Source: an uncultured Atopobium sp. (GTDB lineage: Bacteria; Actinomycetota; Coriobacteriia; Coriobacteriales; Atopobiaceae). From it: DNA of 64,000 nt. The position numbers were made by a program, and so were the translations under genes. Of the stretch, positions 48,737-58,979 are shown in pieces (the first letter of the stretch is position 1; the number at the start of each line of letters is the position of its first letter). The stretch covers positions 95,987 through 159,986 of the forward strand of contig CAMPVF010000002.1 in assembly GCA_946997485.1 (NCBI GenBank), given 5' to 3'. The notes below the pieces were generated by a model. The model was not told where the DNA came from. It searched no databases and saw nothing but the letters and a program-made list of their open reading frames with translations.

Positions 48737-51370
48737 ATGGCACAATCTACGCAGAACACAGGCGCGCCTCACGCCGCGCCCGCCTACAATGCTCAAGATA
48801 TTGAGCTTCGCTGGCAGGGCATTTGGGAGAAGCATAACACCTATCAAACACCATCATCGTCGTCTAAGCCCAAGCAGTATGTGCTTGAGATGTTTCCATA
48901 CCCCTCAGGCGACTTGCACATGGGGCATGCACGTAATTACACCATTGGTGACGTTATGGCGCGGCAGCTTCACATGCGCGGCTATGACGTACTTCACCCC
49001 ATGGGCTTTGATGCGTTTGGTTTGCCTGCCGAAAACGCTGCTATCAAGCACCACACCGAGCCTTCCGTGTGGACGTATGGCAACATTAAACAGGCAACTG
49101 CAACCATGAAACGCATGGGTTTTTCATACGACTACGCGCGCACCTTTAATACCTGCGACCCTGAGTATTATCGCTGGGGTCAGTGGATGTTTATTAAAAT
49201 GTGGGAAAAAGGTCTTGCATACCGTGCGTATTCCGACGTAAATTGGTGCGACACCTGCAATACTGTTCTTGCAAACGAGCAGGTAATTAACGGTTGTTGC
49301 TGGCGCTGCCACAGCGTTGCGCAAAAGAAAAAGCTTTCGCAGTGGTATCTTAAAATTACCGCGTATGCCGATGAGCTGCTTTCTGACTTGGATACGCTTA
49401 ACGCGTGGCCCGAAAACGTTATTGCCCAGCAGAAAAACTGGATTGGTAAATCGACGGGTACCGAAATCGATTTTGAACTTGCTTCGTGTGCAAACGGTTC
49501 TCCTCTTGCCAACAGCCAAAACAAGCTGTGCGTGTTTACTACGCGTGCCGATACCATTTTTGGTGTATCGTTTTTGGTGCTGCCGCCTGAAAGCGACATT
49601 GCGGCTCAGCTCGTTGCGCACACCGAGTATGAAGGTGCATTTAACGAGCTTAAAGCTGCAACCGAAAAAATTTCTGCCATTGATAGACAGGGTTCCGATC
49701 GTGAAAAGCACGGCGTCTTTTTGGGCGCATATGCAAAGAACCCCATTAACAATCGTTTGGTGCCCATTTGGGCTGCCGATTACGTGCTTGCCGATTACGG
49801 TACCGGCGCGGTTATGGGCGTGCCTTGCGGCGACCAGCGCGATTTCGATTTCGCTAAAAAGTACAACCTCGAAATTGCCCCTATTATCTGCAAAGACACC
49901 GATCCGCTTTATGATGAACTTAAAGACGAGCGCGATCTTGTTGTCCGCAGCGTAAGCTGGGATAGCGCCATGGAAGCCGAAGGCTACTTGGTTCAGTCGG
50001 GCGAATTTACCGGTCTTGTGGGCGGAAAGCATTCACCGGCCGAAAAAGCTATCACGCAGGCACTTGTTGCGCGTGGCTGTGCACGCAGCACTACCAACTA
50101 TCGTTTGCGTGACTGGCTTATTTCGCGCCAGCGGTATTGGGGAAACCCCATTCCTATGATTCATTGTGATGCATGTGGCGATGTGCCCGTGCCTTACGAT
50201 GAGCTGCCGGTGCGCTTGCCCGAGCATGTAAACTTGCACGATGGGCAAAATTTGAGTGATGTAGAAGAGTTTGCGCGTACTACGTGCCCGCGCTGCCATA
50301 AACCTGCGCGTCGTATTACCGATACGATGGACACATTTACCTGTTCAAGCTGGTATTACCTGCGCTACTGCGATCCCCACAACACCGAGCTGCCGTTTAG
50401 TCAACAGGCAGTTTCGCGCTGGATGTGCGTCGATCACTACATTGGCGGCATTGAGCATGCTATTTTGCACTTGCTCTACTCACGTTTTTGGACAAAAGTT
50501 ATGCGCGATTTGGGGTTATGTGCTATCGACGAGCCGTTCCGTCATTTGCTTTGCCAGGGTATGGTGCGCGATCATAATGGCGAAACGATGAGTAAGTCTA
50601 AAGGCAATGTAGTTCCACCGGCGAGTGTTATCGAGCCCTATGGTGCCGATACGTTGCGTCTTGCTATTTTGTTTATTGCACCTGCCGAAAAAGATTTCGA
50701 CTGGGACGAAGACGTGGTGCAGGGCACCAACCGCTTTATTAAACGTGCATGGAAACAGGTGTGGCAGCTTGCACATCTTGCGCGCGCTCACGATGCACAT
50801 CTGCTGAGCGATCCTGCGTGTGAAATTACGCTGTCTGATTCAGAGCTTGCTGCACTTAACGCGTCTGAGCGTGTGCTCTTTTCTTCGCTACAGGAGCTTG
50901 GTACAAAATGCACTAACGATTTTGAGCGTTGCCAATTTAACACGGCGATTTCTGCAGTTATGGAGCTTGTAAACGCTACAACAAAGTGTCTACACGACGG
51001 CAACGAAACCATGAATGCGCAGCTTGCTGCCCTTATTGCGCGCGATATTGTGCTTATGTTGGCAAGCGTGTGCCCGCACATGGCAGAGGAGCTTTGGCAT
51101 ACGGCGCTCTATCCGCAGCTTGATGAGGGTGTAAGCGTATATGATGCAGCGTGGCCTTCCTTTGATGTGTCGCGCGTTCAGCATACAACAGTTGATATGG
51201 CGGTGCAGGTACAAGGCAAAGTACGTGCACATATTCAGGTTGAGAAGGATGCAACGAACGATCAAATTCAAGCGGCCGCACTTGAGGCCGTATCGGCGCA
51301 GCTTGCTGGTAAAACCGTACGTAAAGTGATTGTTATTGCAAACAAGCTTGTCAACATCGTAGCGTCTTAG
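48737..51370 (+). CDS. leuS: leucyl-tRNA synthetase
   Basis: [12 protein letters not shown] (HIGH), TMSKSKGN (KMSKS) and a CP1 editing domain, 877 aa. Confidence 0.9.
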   Translation: MAQSTQNTGAPHAAPAYNAQDIELRWQGIWEKHNTYQTPSSSSKPKQYVLEMFPYPSGDLHMGHARNYTIGDVMARQLHMRGYDVLHPMGFDAFGLPAENAAIKHHTEPSVWTYGNIKQATATMKRMGFSYDYARTFNTCDPEYYRWGQWMFIKMWEKGLAYRAYSDVNWCDTCNTVLANEQVINGCCWRCHSVAQKKKLSQWYLKITAYADELLSDLDTLNAWPENVIAQQKNWIGKSTGTEIDFELASCANGSPLANSQNKLCVFTTRADTIFGVSFLVLPPESDIAAQLVAHTEYEGAFNELKAATEKISAIDRQGSDREKHGVFLGAYAKNPINNRLVPIWAADYVLADYGTGAVMGVPCGDQRDFDFAKKYNLEIAPIICKDTDPLYDELKDERDLVVRSVSWDSAMEAEGYLVQSGEFTGLVGGKHSPAEKAITQALVARGCARSTTNYRLRDWLISRQRYWGNPIPMIHCDACGDVPVPYDELPVRLPEHVNLHDGQNLSDVEEFARTTCPRCHKPARRITDTMDTFTCSSWYYLRYCDPHNTELPFSQQAVSRWMCVDHYIGGIEHAILHLLYSRFWTKVMRDLGLCAIDEPFRHLLCQGMVRDHNGETMSKSKGNVVPPASVIEPYGADTLRLAILFIAPAEKDFDWDEDVVQGTNRFIKRAWKQVWQLAHLARAHDAHLLSDPACEITLSDSELAALNASERVLFSSLQELGTKCTNDFERCQFNTAISAVMELVNATTKCLHDGNETMNAQLAALIARDIVLMLASVCPHMAEELWHTALYPQLDEGVSVYDAAWPSFDVSRVQHTTVDMAVQVQGKVRAHIQVEKDATNDQIQAAALEAVSAQLAGKTVRKVIVIANKLVNIVAS

Positions 51371-51603
51371 CTATGTCTTAGCTGTGCGGTTTCATGAGTT
51401 TGTGTTCACCTGCTGCACGTATGTGCATCAGCGGTTCCTTTAGTTGTGTGCGCACGCGCCATGCACGAAGTTGTAGGGGACGTGAAGACGAAATTGTTGT
51501 TGCGCAACTATTACTACTCATGATATAGTATCTGTTCGTATGTTTTAATAATTAAGCGATCAGGAATCTCATGCCTGACGATTAGTGAGTATAAGAGAGG
51601 TTA

Positions 51604-51786
51604 ATGATGGCAGTTCCCAAGCAAAAAAAGGGTCGCGGCGCAACACACACTCGTCGTTCGGCAAACAGCAAATTGGCAGTTGCAGCTCGTTCTGTATGCC
51701 CACGTTGTGCAGCAACTAAACTCCCTCATCATGTATGCACCAACTGTGGCTACTACAAAGATCGTGAAGTTGTAGTTACCGACTAG
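51604..51786 (+). CDS. rpmF: 50S ribosomal protein L32
   Basis: MAVPKQKKGRG...CPRC...CTNCGYY zinc-ribbon L32. Confidence 0.85.
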   Translation: MMAVPKQKKGRGATHTRRSANSKLAVAARSVCPRCAATKLPHHVCTNCGYYKDREVVVTD

Positions 51787-51821
51787 CTTGTTTTCACATA
51801 AAGCTATTGTATGCACGTAAT

Positions 51822-51857
51822 GGAGGGTCGATCCACCAATATGGGTCGGCCTTTTTT
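51822..51857 (+). terminator. possible terminator after rpmF (GC-rich segment + T6)
   Basis: GGAGGGTCGATCCACCAATATGGGTCGGCC followed by TTTTTT. The stem pairing is imperfect. Confidence 0.25.
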
Positions 51858-51980
51858 ACTAAACACTGGCTTAAACCTGCCAGGTTATATGCAAGCGTGA
51901 TGCGCGCTCGGCTTTATAAGCGTTATATGTGCTGCATTTCGTGTACCATACGTGCTGTTGCGTAGATATTGGAGATTTAC

Positions 51981-52958
51981 ATGGTTCGTGTTTGCGTAGA
52001 TGCTATGGGTGGCGATGAACAACCATCTGTTGTGCTTGAAGGTATTGCACAGGCGCTTAGTCAAGATCCCGATTTACAAGTATTGGTGTGCGGCGCGCGC
52101 GACGTTGTTGTGCCGTTTTGCGACACACATACTCGTGCCTGCGCACTTGTTACTACGCAAACAATCGACATGCATGAGCATCCTGCAGAGGCAGTGCGCA
52201 CCAAGCGCGATTCGAGCATTGTTCAAGGCTGCCGCGCGGTAAAAGAACACCGCGCCGATGGCTTTTTTTCTGCCGGTTCCACGGGTGCTATTTTTACTGC
52301 AGCCACACTCGAAATTGGCCGTCTTAAAGGTGTAAAACGCCCGGCAATTGCGTATGCAGTGCCTTCAACCTCGCAGCATCGCACCGTGTTTCTCGACCTT
52401 GGTGCCAATGCCGATGTTCGTCCAAACGCGCTTGTCCAGTTTGCTGTCATGGGTAGGGCGTATAGCCGCAGTATGTGCCACGTAAAGCAGCCAACGGTGT
52501 GTTTGCTTTCCAATGGTCGTGAGTCTACAAAAGGGTCGCAAAGTATTTTAGAAGCGCACGCAGCGCTTAAAGCAGCTGGTAGCTGGTTTATTGGCAATTG
52601 CGAGCCCACCGATATTTTTTCCGATTATTGCGATGTTGTTGTGTGCGATGGTTTTTGCGGCAACATCACGCTTAAAACAATTGAAAGCACCATGAAATTT
52701 GTTGCGCAGCGCTTAAAACAAGCGGCGCGTACCTCGCTTGGCGCGGGTATTGGTCTTACGCTTGCTGCGAGTGCGTTTCGTGATATTAAACACGATCTTT
52801 CGGGCGAAGAGCATGGCGGAGCGGTGCTGTTAGGCTTAAATGCGCCGGTATTTATTGGTCATGGTTCAACATCTCAGCTTGCTATTTGCCAAGGTACGCT
52901 TGCCTGCGCAGACGCAATTCGCAGCAATCTAGTGAGTAAACTTGCCGAAGATTTATAG
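51981..52958 (+). CDS. plsX: phosphate acyltransferase PlsX
   Basis: MVRVCVDAMGGD... PlsX N-terminus and a GGAG RBS. Confidence 0.85.
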   Translation: MVRVCVDAMGGDEQPSVVLEGIAQALSQDPDLQVLVCGARDVVVPFCDTHTRACALVTTQTIDMHEHPAEAVRTKRDSSIVQGCRAVKEHRADGFFSAGSTGAIFTAATLEIGRLKGVKRPAIAYAVPSTSQHRTVFLDLGANADVRPNALVQFAVMGRAYSRSMCHVKQPTVCLLSNGRESTKGSQSILEAHAALKAAGSWFIGNCEPTDIFSDYCDVVVCDGFCGNITLKTIESTMKFVAQRLKQAARTSLGAGIGLTLAASAFRDIKHDLSGEEHGGAVLLGLNAPVFIGHGSTSQLAICQGTLACADAIRSNLVSKLAEDL

Positions 52959-53325
52959 CGCTTTTCTGTAGTAGGTTCGCTTAAGGCCGGCATAGGTGTA
53001 GCAGCTGATACGTTGTGGCTTGTACTAAGCGGCCTGTGTGCAATAGCTTGTACGGAGCGGCTTGGGTGTACCCTTGTTTTTTTCGTAGTTTGTCCGCCCA
53101 CGGTTCATCGCTGTCCATAATGCATTATCCTAGTACTATGAAGTAAACCGTGCACACCACGTGCCTTGGTGGCATACGTGCGTTTATGCAGGTCATACAC
53201 GTGTATGTTGCACCGCAGCTTTGCATGTGTTTGCACGCGCGCGGCGTTTTTTGGTTTGCTTCATGTTCGCATGGAATCTGCGTGTATGTGCGCTTGTTTC
53301 ATACGCAGACTACAAAGGAGCAATT

Positions 53326-53565
53326 ATGGATAATGCTGCTATTACCGATAAAGTTTTCGAACTTATTAGTACAGAACTCGAAGTAGACAAAGCCACACTT
53401 ACGCTCGAAACTCGTTTTAAAGAAGATTTAGGCTGCGATTCCTTTGATTTGTTGTCGCTCGTAACGGCGTTTGAGGATGAATTTGCTCGCACGCTTGACG
53501 ACGATAGCCTTCAGCACATTGTTACTGTTGGTGATGCTGTTCGTGCGGTTCAGCAGTCGTTATAG
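53326..53565 (+). CDS. acpP: acyl carrier protein
   Basis: 79 aa with the phosphopantetheine-attachment motif DLGCDSFDLLSLV and an AAAGGAG RBS. The ORF track's longer upstream extension was rejected. Confidence 0.85.
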   Translation: MDNAAITDKVFELISTELEVDKATLTLETRFKEDLGCDSFDLLSLVTAFEDEFARTLDDDSLQHIVTVGDAVRAVQQSL

Positions 53566-53576
53566 GCGGCGATGGT

Positions 53577-54266
53577 ATGACGTACACAGAGCGTGTTTGT
53601 CGCGTGCAAGAAATTCTTGATTATACGTTTTCAGATATAACGCTGGCAAAAGCAGCGCTTACGCATCCATCTGCGGTTGAAGGCCAGCCGGTGTCTGCAA
53701 GTTATGAACGACTTGAGTTTTTGGGCGATTCTATTTTAGGTGCCATTATTGCCTGTGACATGTTTGAGCAATTTCCCGATATGGACGAAGGTGCACTTAC
53801 GCGCATGAAAACGTCACTGGTTAGTGGTCAAACATTAAGTCAGGTTGCTGATGAGCTCGGCATAGCCCCGCTTATCGTGTTTGGTGAATCTGAGCGAGGT
53901 ACGGGCACGCGTGGTATGCATTCAGCACTCGAAAATGTATACGAAGCGCTGGTAGGAGCCATGTATTTGGATGGCGGCTACGACCCAACAGCGGCATTTA
54001 TTCGCAGAACACTTGCCGAATATATGGTGCCGCAGCGCGCAACGCACCCCATATCGCCCAAATCGGAGCTGCAAGAATTTTCGCAGCGTATTTATCATGA
54101 AATGCCTGTATATGAGCTCGAAGAAGAATCGGGTCCGGCGCACTTGCCGCACTTTACCACAGCGGTGTACGTTAACGGTGAGCTTGTTGGCAGGGGAAGC
54201 GGCACCTCTAAAAAAGAGTCGCAAACGCAAGCTGCTCAAGCGGCGCTCGATAAGCTCGAAAAGTAG
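53577..54266 (+). CDS. rnc: ribonuclease III
   Basis: RNase III signature ERLEFLGDSILG and a C-terminal dsRBD. Confidence 0.9.
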   Translation: MTYTERVCRVQEILDYTFSDITLAKAALTHPSAVEGQPVSASYERLEFLGDSILGAIIACDMFEQFPDMDEGALTRMKTSLVSGQTLSQVADELGIAPLIVFGESERGTGTRGMHSALENVYEALVGAMYLDGGYDPTAAFIRRTLAEYMVPQRATHPISPKSELQEFSQRIYHEMPVYELEEESGPAHLPHFTTAVYVNGELVGRGSGTSKKESQTQAAQAALDKLEK

Positions 54267-54311
54267 CGCTGCGCACCAGGTAGATGGTCGTTTTGTCAGA
54301 AAGGTACACGC

Positions 54312-57300
54312 GTGTATTTAGCATCGTTAACGCTTAAAGGATTTAAGTCGTTTGCTGATAAAACGTCTATCGTGTTCGATCCAGGTTTAAGCGTTATTGT
54401 CGGTCCCAACGGTTCGGGAAAATCAAATATTTCTGATGCTATTTTGTGGGTTCTTGGCGAGAAGAGTCCAAAAATTTTGCGTGGGCAAGCAATGGAAGAC
54501 GTTATTTTTGCTGGTTCAACCAAGCGCAGTGCCGTGAGCATGTGCGAAGTGTGCCTGGTGCTCAATAACGACGATCACACGCTGCCCATCGATTTTCGCG
54601 AGGTTGCGATTACGCGCCGGCTTTATCGAAGCGGCGAAAATGAATATCTTATCAACAATTCACCTGCACGCCTGCGCGACATCATAGACATTTTGCACGA
54701 TTCGGGCTTGGGCAAAGACACTCATTCTATTATTTCGCAAGGAAAGCTCGACGCCATTCTTGCTTCTAAACCAGAAGATAGACGTCAGCTTATTGAAGAA
54801 GCTGCGGGTATTGCTAAGCATCGCCGTCGTAAACAACTTGCCGAAAAAAAGCTTGAAGCAATGCATGTTCATCTTGCGATGGCAAAGCATACCCAGCGCG
54901 AAATTGCCCGTCGTCTTAAACCGCTTGAACGCCAACTTGAACAAGCACAAAAAAGTACTGAACTTAAACAGGGCTTGCGCAAAGCACAAACGATGATTGC
55001 AACCGACGATGTGCGACAGTTAAAACAGCAGTATACAACCCTTGAATACAGCATGAAGCAAGCCGATGCGCAAGTTGAACTTTGTGCGTATCGCGAGCAA
55101 GAAGTGCAAAAAAGTTTGCACAGCTATCAAGTGCTCCTTGAACAAAAAGGATTGTTTGTTGGCGACTTAAGTGAACAGCGCCGTCGTATGCACGATTGTG
55201 TCGGCAGACTCGATTCGGATATGCGCCTTCTCGAAGAAAAAGGCAAGCATATGGTTGAGCGTATAAGCGAAATTAGACGTTCAATTTCGGCACTTGAACG
55301 CAGTAAAGCGGCTGATACAAGCGAATTTCACACGCTGAGTGCAGACAATGCCGAGCTTGCAGAATCGTTGCGTGTGCTTAAGGAACAGGTGCAGCAGCAC
55401 TCATCCGATTTTGCCGATGTAAAAAAACGACATAATGAACTTTCATCGAAGATAGCAGCGCTTAATGCCCAGCAAAAGGCAACTACGCAGGAATATAACA
55501 GCGTGTATCTCAAGCGTGCGCAAGCACAAGAGCAAATTGAACAACGCGATGCTCAGCATGAACTATTTTCGCTGCGGACGCATGAACTTGAAGATGAACT
55601 TTCCCAGCTTACTTCGAGGCGTGAAGTTCAAACACGTGAACGTAATGAACTTGCTTCGGCGCTCGATGTGCAGCGTGCTACAAAAGATGAACTTACCCAG
55701 CAACAAACGCAGGCGCAGCAAGGTGTACGCGAGCTTGCGCAAGAGCTTCAGCAGGCACAACAGTCGCTAAGCGACGTGCGCGGAAAAAAGCAAGCGCTCG
55801 AAAGTTTAATGAACCACCTGGCGTGTTCATCTGAAGCGCAAAAATTTGTACGCACATCTGGTGCTGTTTCGATAGCATCGCAGGTAATCGACCTATTTTG
55901 CGTACCTGCTGCATATGAACAGTATGTTGAATGCGTTCTTCGCGATGTGTTATCGGGCTTTGTTGTAACAAATACGCTTGAAGAGCTATGCGCGTTTGTT
56001 GCTAGCGATGAGTTTGCGCGCAAACAAGGTGCCGTATGCTTAGTTGCGCGTGATGCTATACTACACGAAGGAGCCGCTGATAGCACGGATGCGCGGTCTT
56101 TACCTGCAGAAACGCTTACACTACACAACGTTTGTGCACATAGTTTGTATCGGGCAATTACGCCCGCTTTGCCCGACGATAACGCGGATGTTGCTGCTGC
56201 TGACAGCAGTGTTGCAGATGGTCTTGCGTACGCATTGCTTGCATCGTGGTATAGCGTTGATGATGTGCACGCGTTGGCTTCATTCCATAGGGCATATCCA
56301 ACGCTTAATTTTGTAGCGTCGCAGGGAATTTGTTTATATGCGGATGGCAGAATATGTGCCGCAACCAGCGCAGATGATAATCACGCATTCGAAAGAAAGC
56401 GCATGCTTGCATCGTATACAAAAGAGCTTGCCAGGCTCGAAGATACCTGCGCGACGCTTGCACATAAGCACAAAACCGCGCAGCAACACGTAGATAAGCT
56501 GCAAGAAAAACGCACGGCGCTTCTTGCTACGCTGAGCGCTCAAGACGCGCGCCATACCGCGCTTACAAGCGAGATTGCTCAGATAAACGCTGGTATTTCC
56601 CGCGCGCAAGAGCAGATTTCTGTTGTTACTCAAAAGCAGCATGATGCTGATGCGCGTTTTGAACAAATCGTAAGCAACCATAAAACGTATATGCAGCAAG
56701 AACAAGAGCTCACAGCTAAACTCGACACGCTTTCACGTGAGCTTACAAGCTGTCTTGACGAGCGTCGTGAACTGTCGTCGCAGCAGCGGCATCTTGACAC
56801 GCGTCTTAGCGAAACAAAGCTTTCACTCGCGCGCACGCAAGAGCGGTATCGTCACTGCACAGCGCGGGCAGAACAGCTCTCTTCGCAGCTTGCTACCTAT
56901 GATGAGCGAATTTCTAATCTTGAAAAAGAAGCCTTTGTGTTTGATGGTATGAGTAAGCGCGTAGATCCACTGTATCAGTGTTACCAAACATTAGCTTCGG
57001 CGGCGGCAGCCTGGGCCGAGAAACTCAAGTCTACAGCAACCCTTGCCCAAGCCGATTCTGACGCGCTTAAAAAAACAATTCAAGATGCAAAAGATGCCTG
57101 CGAAGCGGCACGTAACCAAACGCTCGAAGCTGAACAAAAGCAGCAAGAGCTTACCATTGTTAAAACAAAGCTCGATGTTCAAATTGAACATGCTATCGAG
57201 AGAATGTGCGCGTATGGCTACAGTTTAGATGATGCACTTGCGCTTGAACCTCTGCAGGATCGCGCCGTACTTGAGCGTCAAATTGAACATATTGAACATG

Positions 57301-57923
57301 AACTTTCTGAACTGGGTCCGGTAAACGAAGCTGCACAAAGCGAATATGACGAAATACGTACGCGCTATGATTCAATATCTGCCCAGGTAGACGACCTCGA
57401 AACAGCATCGGCATCATTGAAAAAAATTACGGCAGCTGTTGAACGTGCTATGAAAAAAGCGTTTTTAGCGTCGTTTGCCCAGATAAATGACAACTTCTCG
57501 CACATATTTAGCATGTTATTTATTGGCGGTAACGGTCATCTTGAACTTACGTCGCCCGACAATATCGACGAAACGGGGCTTGAGATTATTGCACAGCCAC
57601 AAGGCAAAAAGGTGCAAAAAATGTCGCTGCTTTCCGGTGGTGAAAAATCCCTGTGTGCACTTGCGCTTCTTTTTGCCACGTATAAAGCGCGCACCGTGCC
57701 GTTTTATGTGTTCGATGAAATTGAAGCTGCGCTCGATGATATTAATTTGTCGCGCTTGCTTGGCGCTATAGAATCGCTAAAAGCATCTACACAGCTCATT
57801 GTTATTTCTCACCAACGCCGCACCATGGAACAGGCAGACGTGCTGTATGGCATTTCGATGCATGCCGACGGTGTGTCGCATGTGGTGTCGCAGCGCCTTG
57901 AAGGTGCAGCTCAGCACACCTAA
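54312..57923 (+). CDS. smc: chromosome segregation protein SMC
   Basis: An N-terminal Walker A (GPNGSGKSN), long coiled coils, a hinge, and the C-terminal LSGGEKSLCALALLFA signature with Walker B. 1203 aa with a GTG start. Confidence 0.9.
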   Translation: MYLASLTLKGFKSFADKTSIVFDPGLSVIVGPNGSGKSNISDAILWVLGEKSPKILRGQAMEDVIFAGSTKRSAVSMCEVCLVLNNDDHTLPIDFREVAITRRLYRSGENEYLINNSPARLRDIIDILHDSGLGKDTHSIISQGKLDAILASKPEDRRQLIEEAAGIAKHRRRKQLAEKKLEAMHVHLAMAKHTQREIARRLKPLERQLEQAQKSTELKQGLRKAQTMIATDDVRQLKQQYTTLEYSMKQADAQVELCAYREQEVQKSLHSYQVLLEQKGLFVGDLSEQRRRMHDCVGRLDSDMRLLEEKGKHMVERISEIRRSISALERSKAADTSEFHTLSADNAELAESLRVLKEQVQQHSSDFADVKKRHNELSSKIAALNAQQKATTQEYNSVYLKRAQAQEQIEQRDAQHELFSLRTHELEDELSQLTSRREVQTRERNELASALDVQRATKDELTQQQTQAQQGVRELAQELQQAQQSLSDVRGKKQALESLMNHLACSSEAQKFVRTSGAVSIASQVIDLFCVPAAYEQYVECVLRDVLSGFVVTNTLEELCAFVASDEFARKQGAVCLVARDAILHEGAADSTDARSLPAETLTLHNVCAHSLYRAITPALPDDNADVAAADSSVADGLAYALLASWYSVDDVHALASFHRAYPTLNFVASQGICLYADGRICAATSADDNHAFERKRMLASYTKELARLEDTCATLAHKHKTAQQHVDKLQEKRTALLATLSAQDARHTALTSEIAQINAGISRAQEQISVVTQKQHDADARFEQIVSNHKTYMQQEQELTAKLDTLSRELTSCLDERRELSSQQRHLDTRLSETKLSLARTQERYRHCTARAEQLSSQLATYDERISNLEKEAFVFDGMSKRVDPLYQCYQTLASAAAAWAEKLKSTATLAQADSDALKKTIQDAKDACEAARNQTLEAEQKQQELTIVKTKLDVQIEHAIERMCAYGYSLDDALALEPLQDRAVLERQIEHIEHELSELGPVNEAAQSEYDEIRTRYDSISAQVDDLETASASLKKITAAVERAMKKAFLASFAQINDNFSHIFSMLFIGGNGHLELTSPDNIDETGLEIIAQPQGKKVQKMSLLSGGEKSLCALALLFATYKARTVPFYVFDEIEAALDDINLSRLLGAIESLKASTQLIVISHQRRTMEQADVLYGISMHADGVSHVVSQRLEGAAQHT

Positions 57924-57974
57924 TGATGCTCTTGGAAATGTTGGATAAATTGTTTGCATATCTCGCGTAAATAC

Positions 57975-57988
57975 CGTACAATTGTACG
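57975..57988. promoter_or_regulatory. perfect 14-bp palindrome CGTACAATTGTACG upstream of ftsY (candidate operator)
   Basis: Seen directly, about 40 nt upstream of the ftsY start. Confidence 0.2.
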
Positions 57989-58028
57989 TACGATGTAATT
58001 CTCATACACCACGAAAGATAGGATATCG

Positions 58029-58928
58029 ATGCCATCATTCACGCAACGGCTTAAAGAAGGTCTTGAGCGTTCGCGCAAGGCAATAAGTGAGATTTTTTAT
58101 TTTGGTGCCGCCGTCGACGACGACTTTTGGGAGGATCTCGAAGATCACCTTGTGATGGGTGATGTTGGCGCCGATGTTGCAGGGAAAATTGTTGATGATT
58201 TACGCCTGTTAGCTGCGCAAAACAATTATAAAGATGCATCAGCTATTAGAGGCGCACTTATCGATAAACTTGCTTCGTATGTGTATACCTCTGATGTAGA
58301 TCCGTTTGCTACATACCCTGCTTGTGTGCTCTTTGTTGGCATTAACGGCGCAGGTAAAACAACAACGGTGGGCAAGCTTGCGTATGCCGCCTGCGCAGCG
58401 AAGAAACGCTGCATTATAGGCGCCGCCGATACATTCCGCGCGGCTGCCATAGAGCAGCTCGAAGTATGGGCAACGCGTGCGCAGGTGCCGTGCGTTACGC
58501 GCGAGCGGGGAAGCGACCCTGCAAGCGTGTGTTTTGATACTCTTGTGCAAGCACAACAAACCAATGCCGATGTTGTGCTTATCGATACCGCTGGCCGCTT
58601 GCATACGTCTAAAGACCTTATGCAAGAGCTGCTTAAAGTAGTTACTATTACCAAAAAACATGCCAATATGCCGGTATATGTTGTGCTTGTGCTCGATGCT
58701 AGTTGTGGTCAAAACGGGCTTGTTCAAGCGCGCGAGTTTAATGAGGCGCTTGGTCTTGATGGTATGATTGTTACAAAACTCGACGGCACATCAAAAGGTG
58801 GTATTGCAATTCGTGCTTCTCATGAGCTTCAACTGCCCATTTTTAGAATTGGTGTTGGCGAAACGCTCGAAGATTTGCAACCGTTTTCTGCGCACGACTT
58901 TGCCGCAGCGCTTGTTGGCAGCGAGTAG
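58029..58928 (+). CDS. ftsY: signal recognition particle receptor FtsY (NG domain only)
   Basis: SRP GTPase motifs GINGAGKTTT, DTAGR and TKLDG, with no acidic A domain. Confidence 0.9.
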   Translation: MPSFTQRLKEGLERSRKAISEIFYFGAAVDDDFWEDLEDHLVMGDVGADVAGKIVDDLRLLAAQNNYKDASAIRGALIDKLASYVYTSDVDPFATYPACVLFVGINGAGKTTTVGKLAYAACAAKKRCIIGAADTFRAAAIEQLEVWATRAQVPCVTRERGSDPASVCFDTLVQAQQTNADVVLIDTAGRLHTSKDLMQELLKVVTITKKHANMPVYVVLVLDASCGQNGLVQAREFNEALGLDGMIVTKLDGTSKGGIAIRASHELQLPIFRIGVGETLEDLQPFSAHDFAAALVGSE

Positions 58929-58979
58929 TGACATCTTTGCACGGCGGTTTTACGGTGAACGAGGTACAAGGGGGATTTT

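Noticed and set aside
49124-50032. 302-aa ORF on the minus strand
   Set aside because: It lies entirely antisense within the well-conserved leuS coding region. High-GC antisense frames often stay open. It has no RBS and no recognisable protein family.
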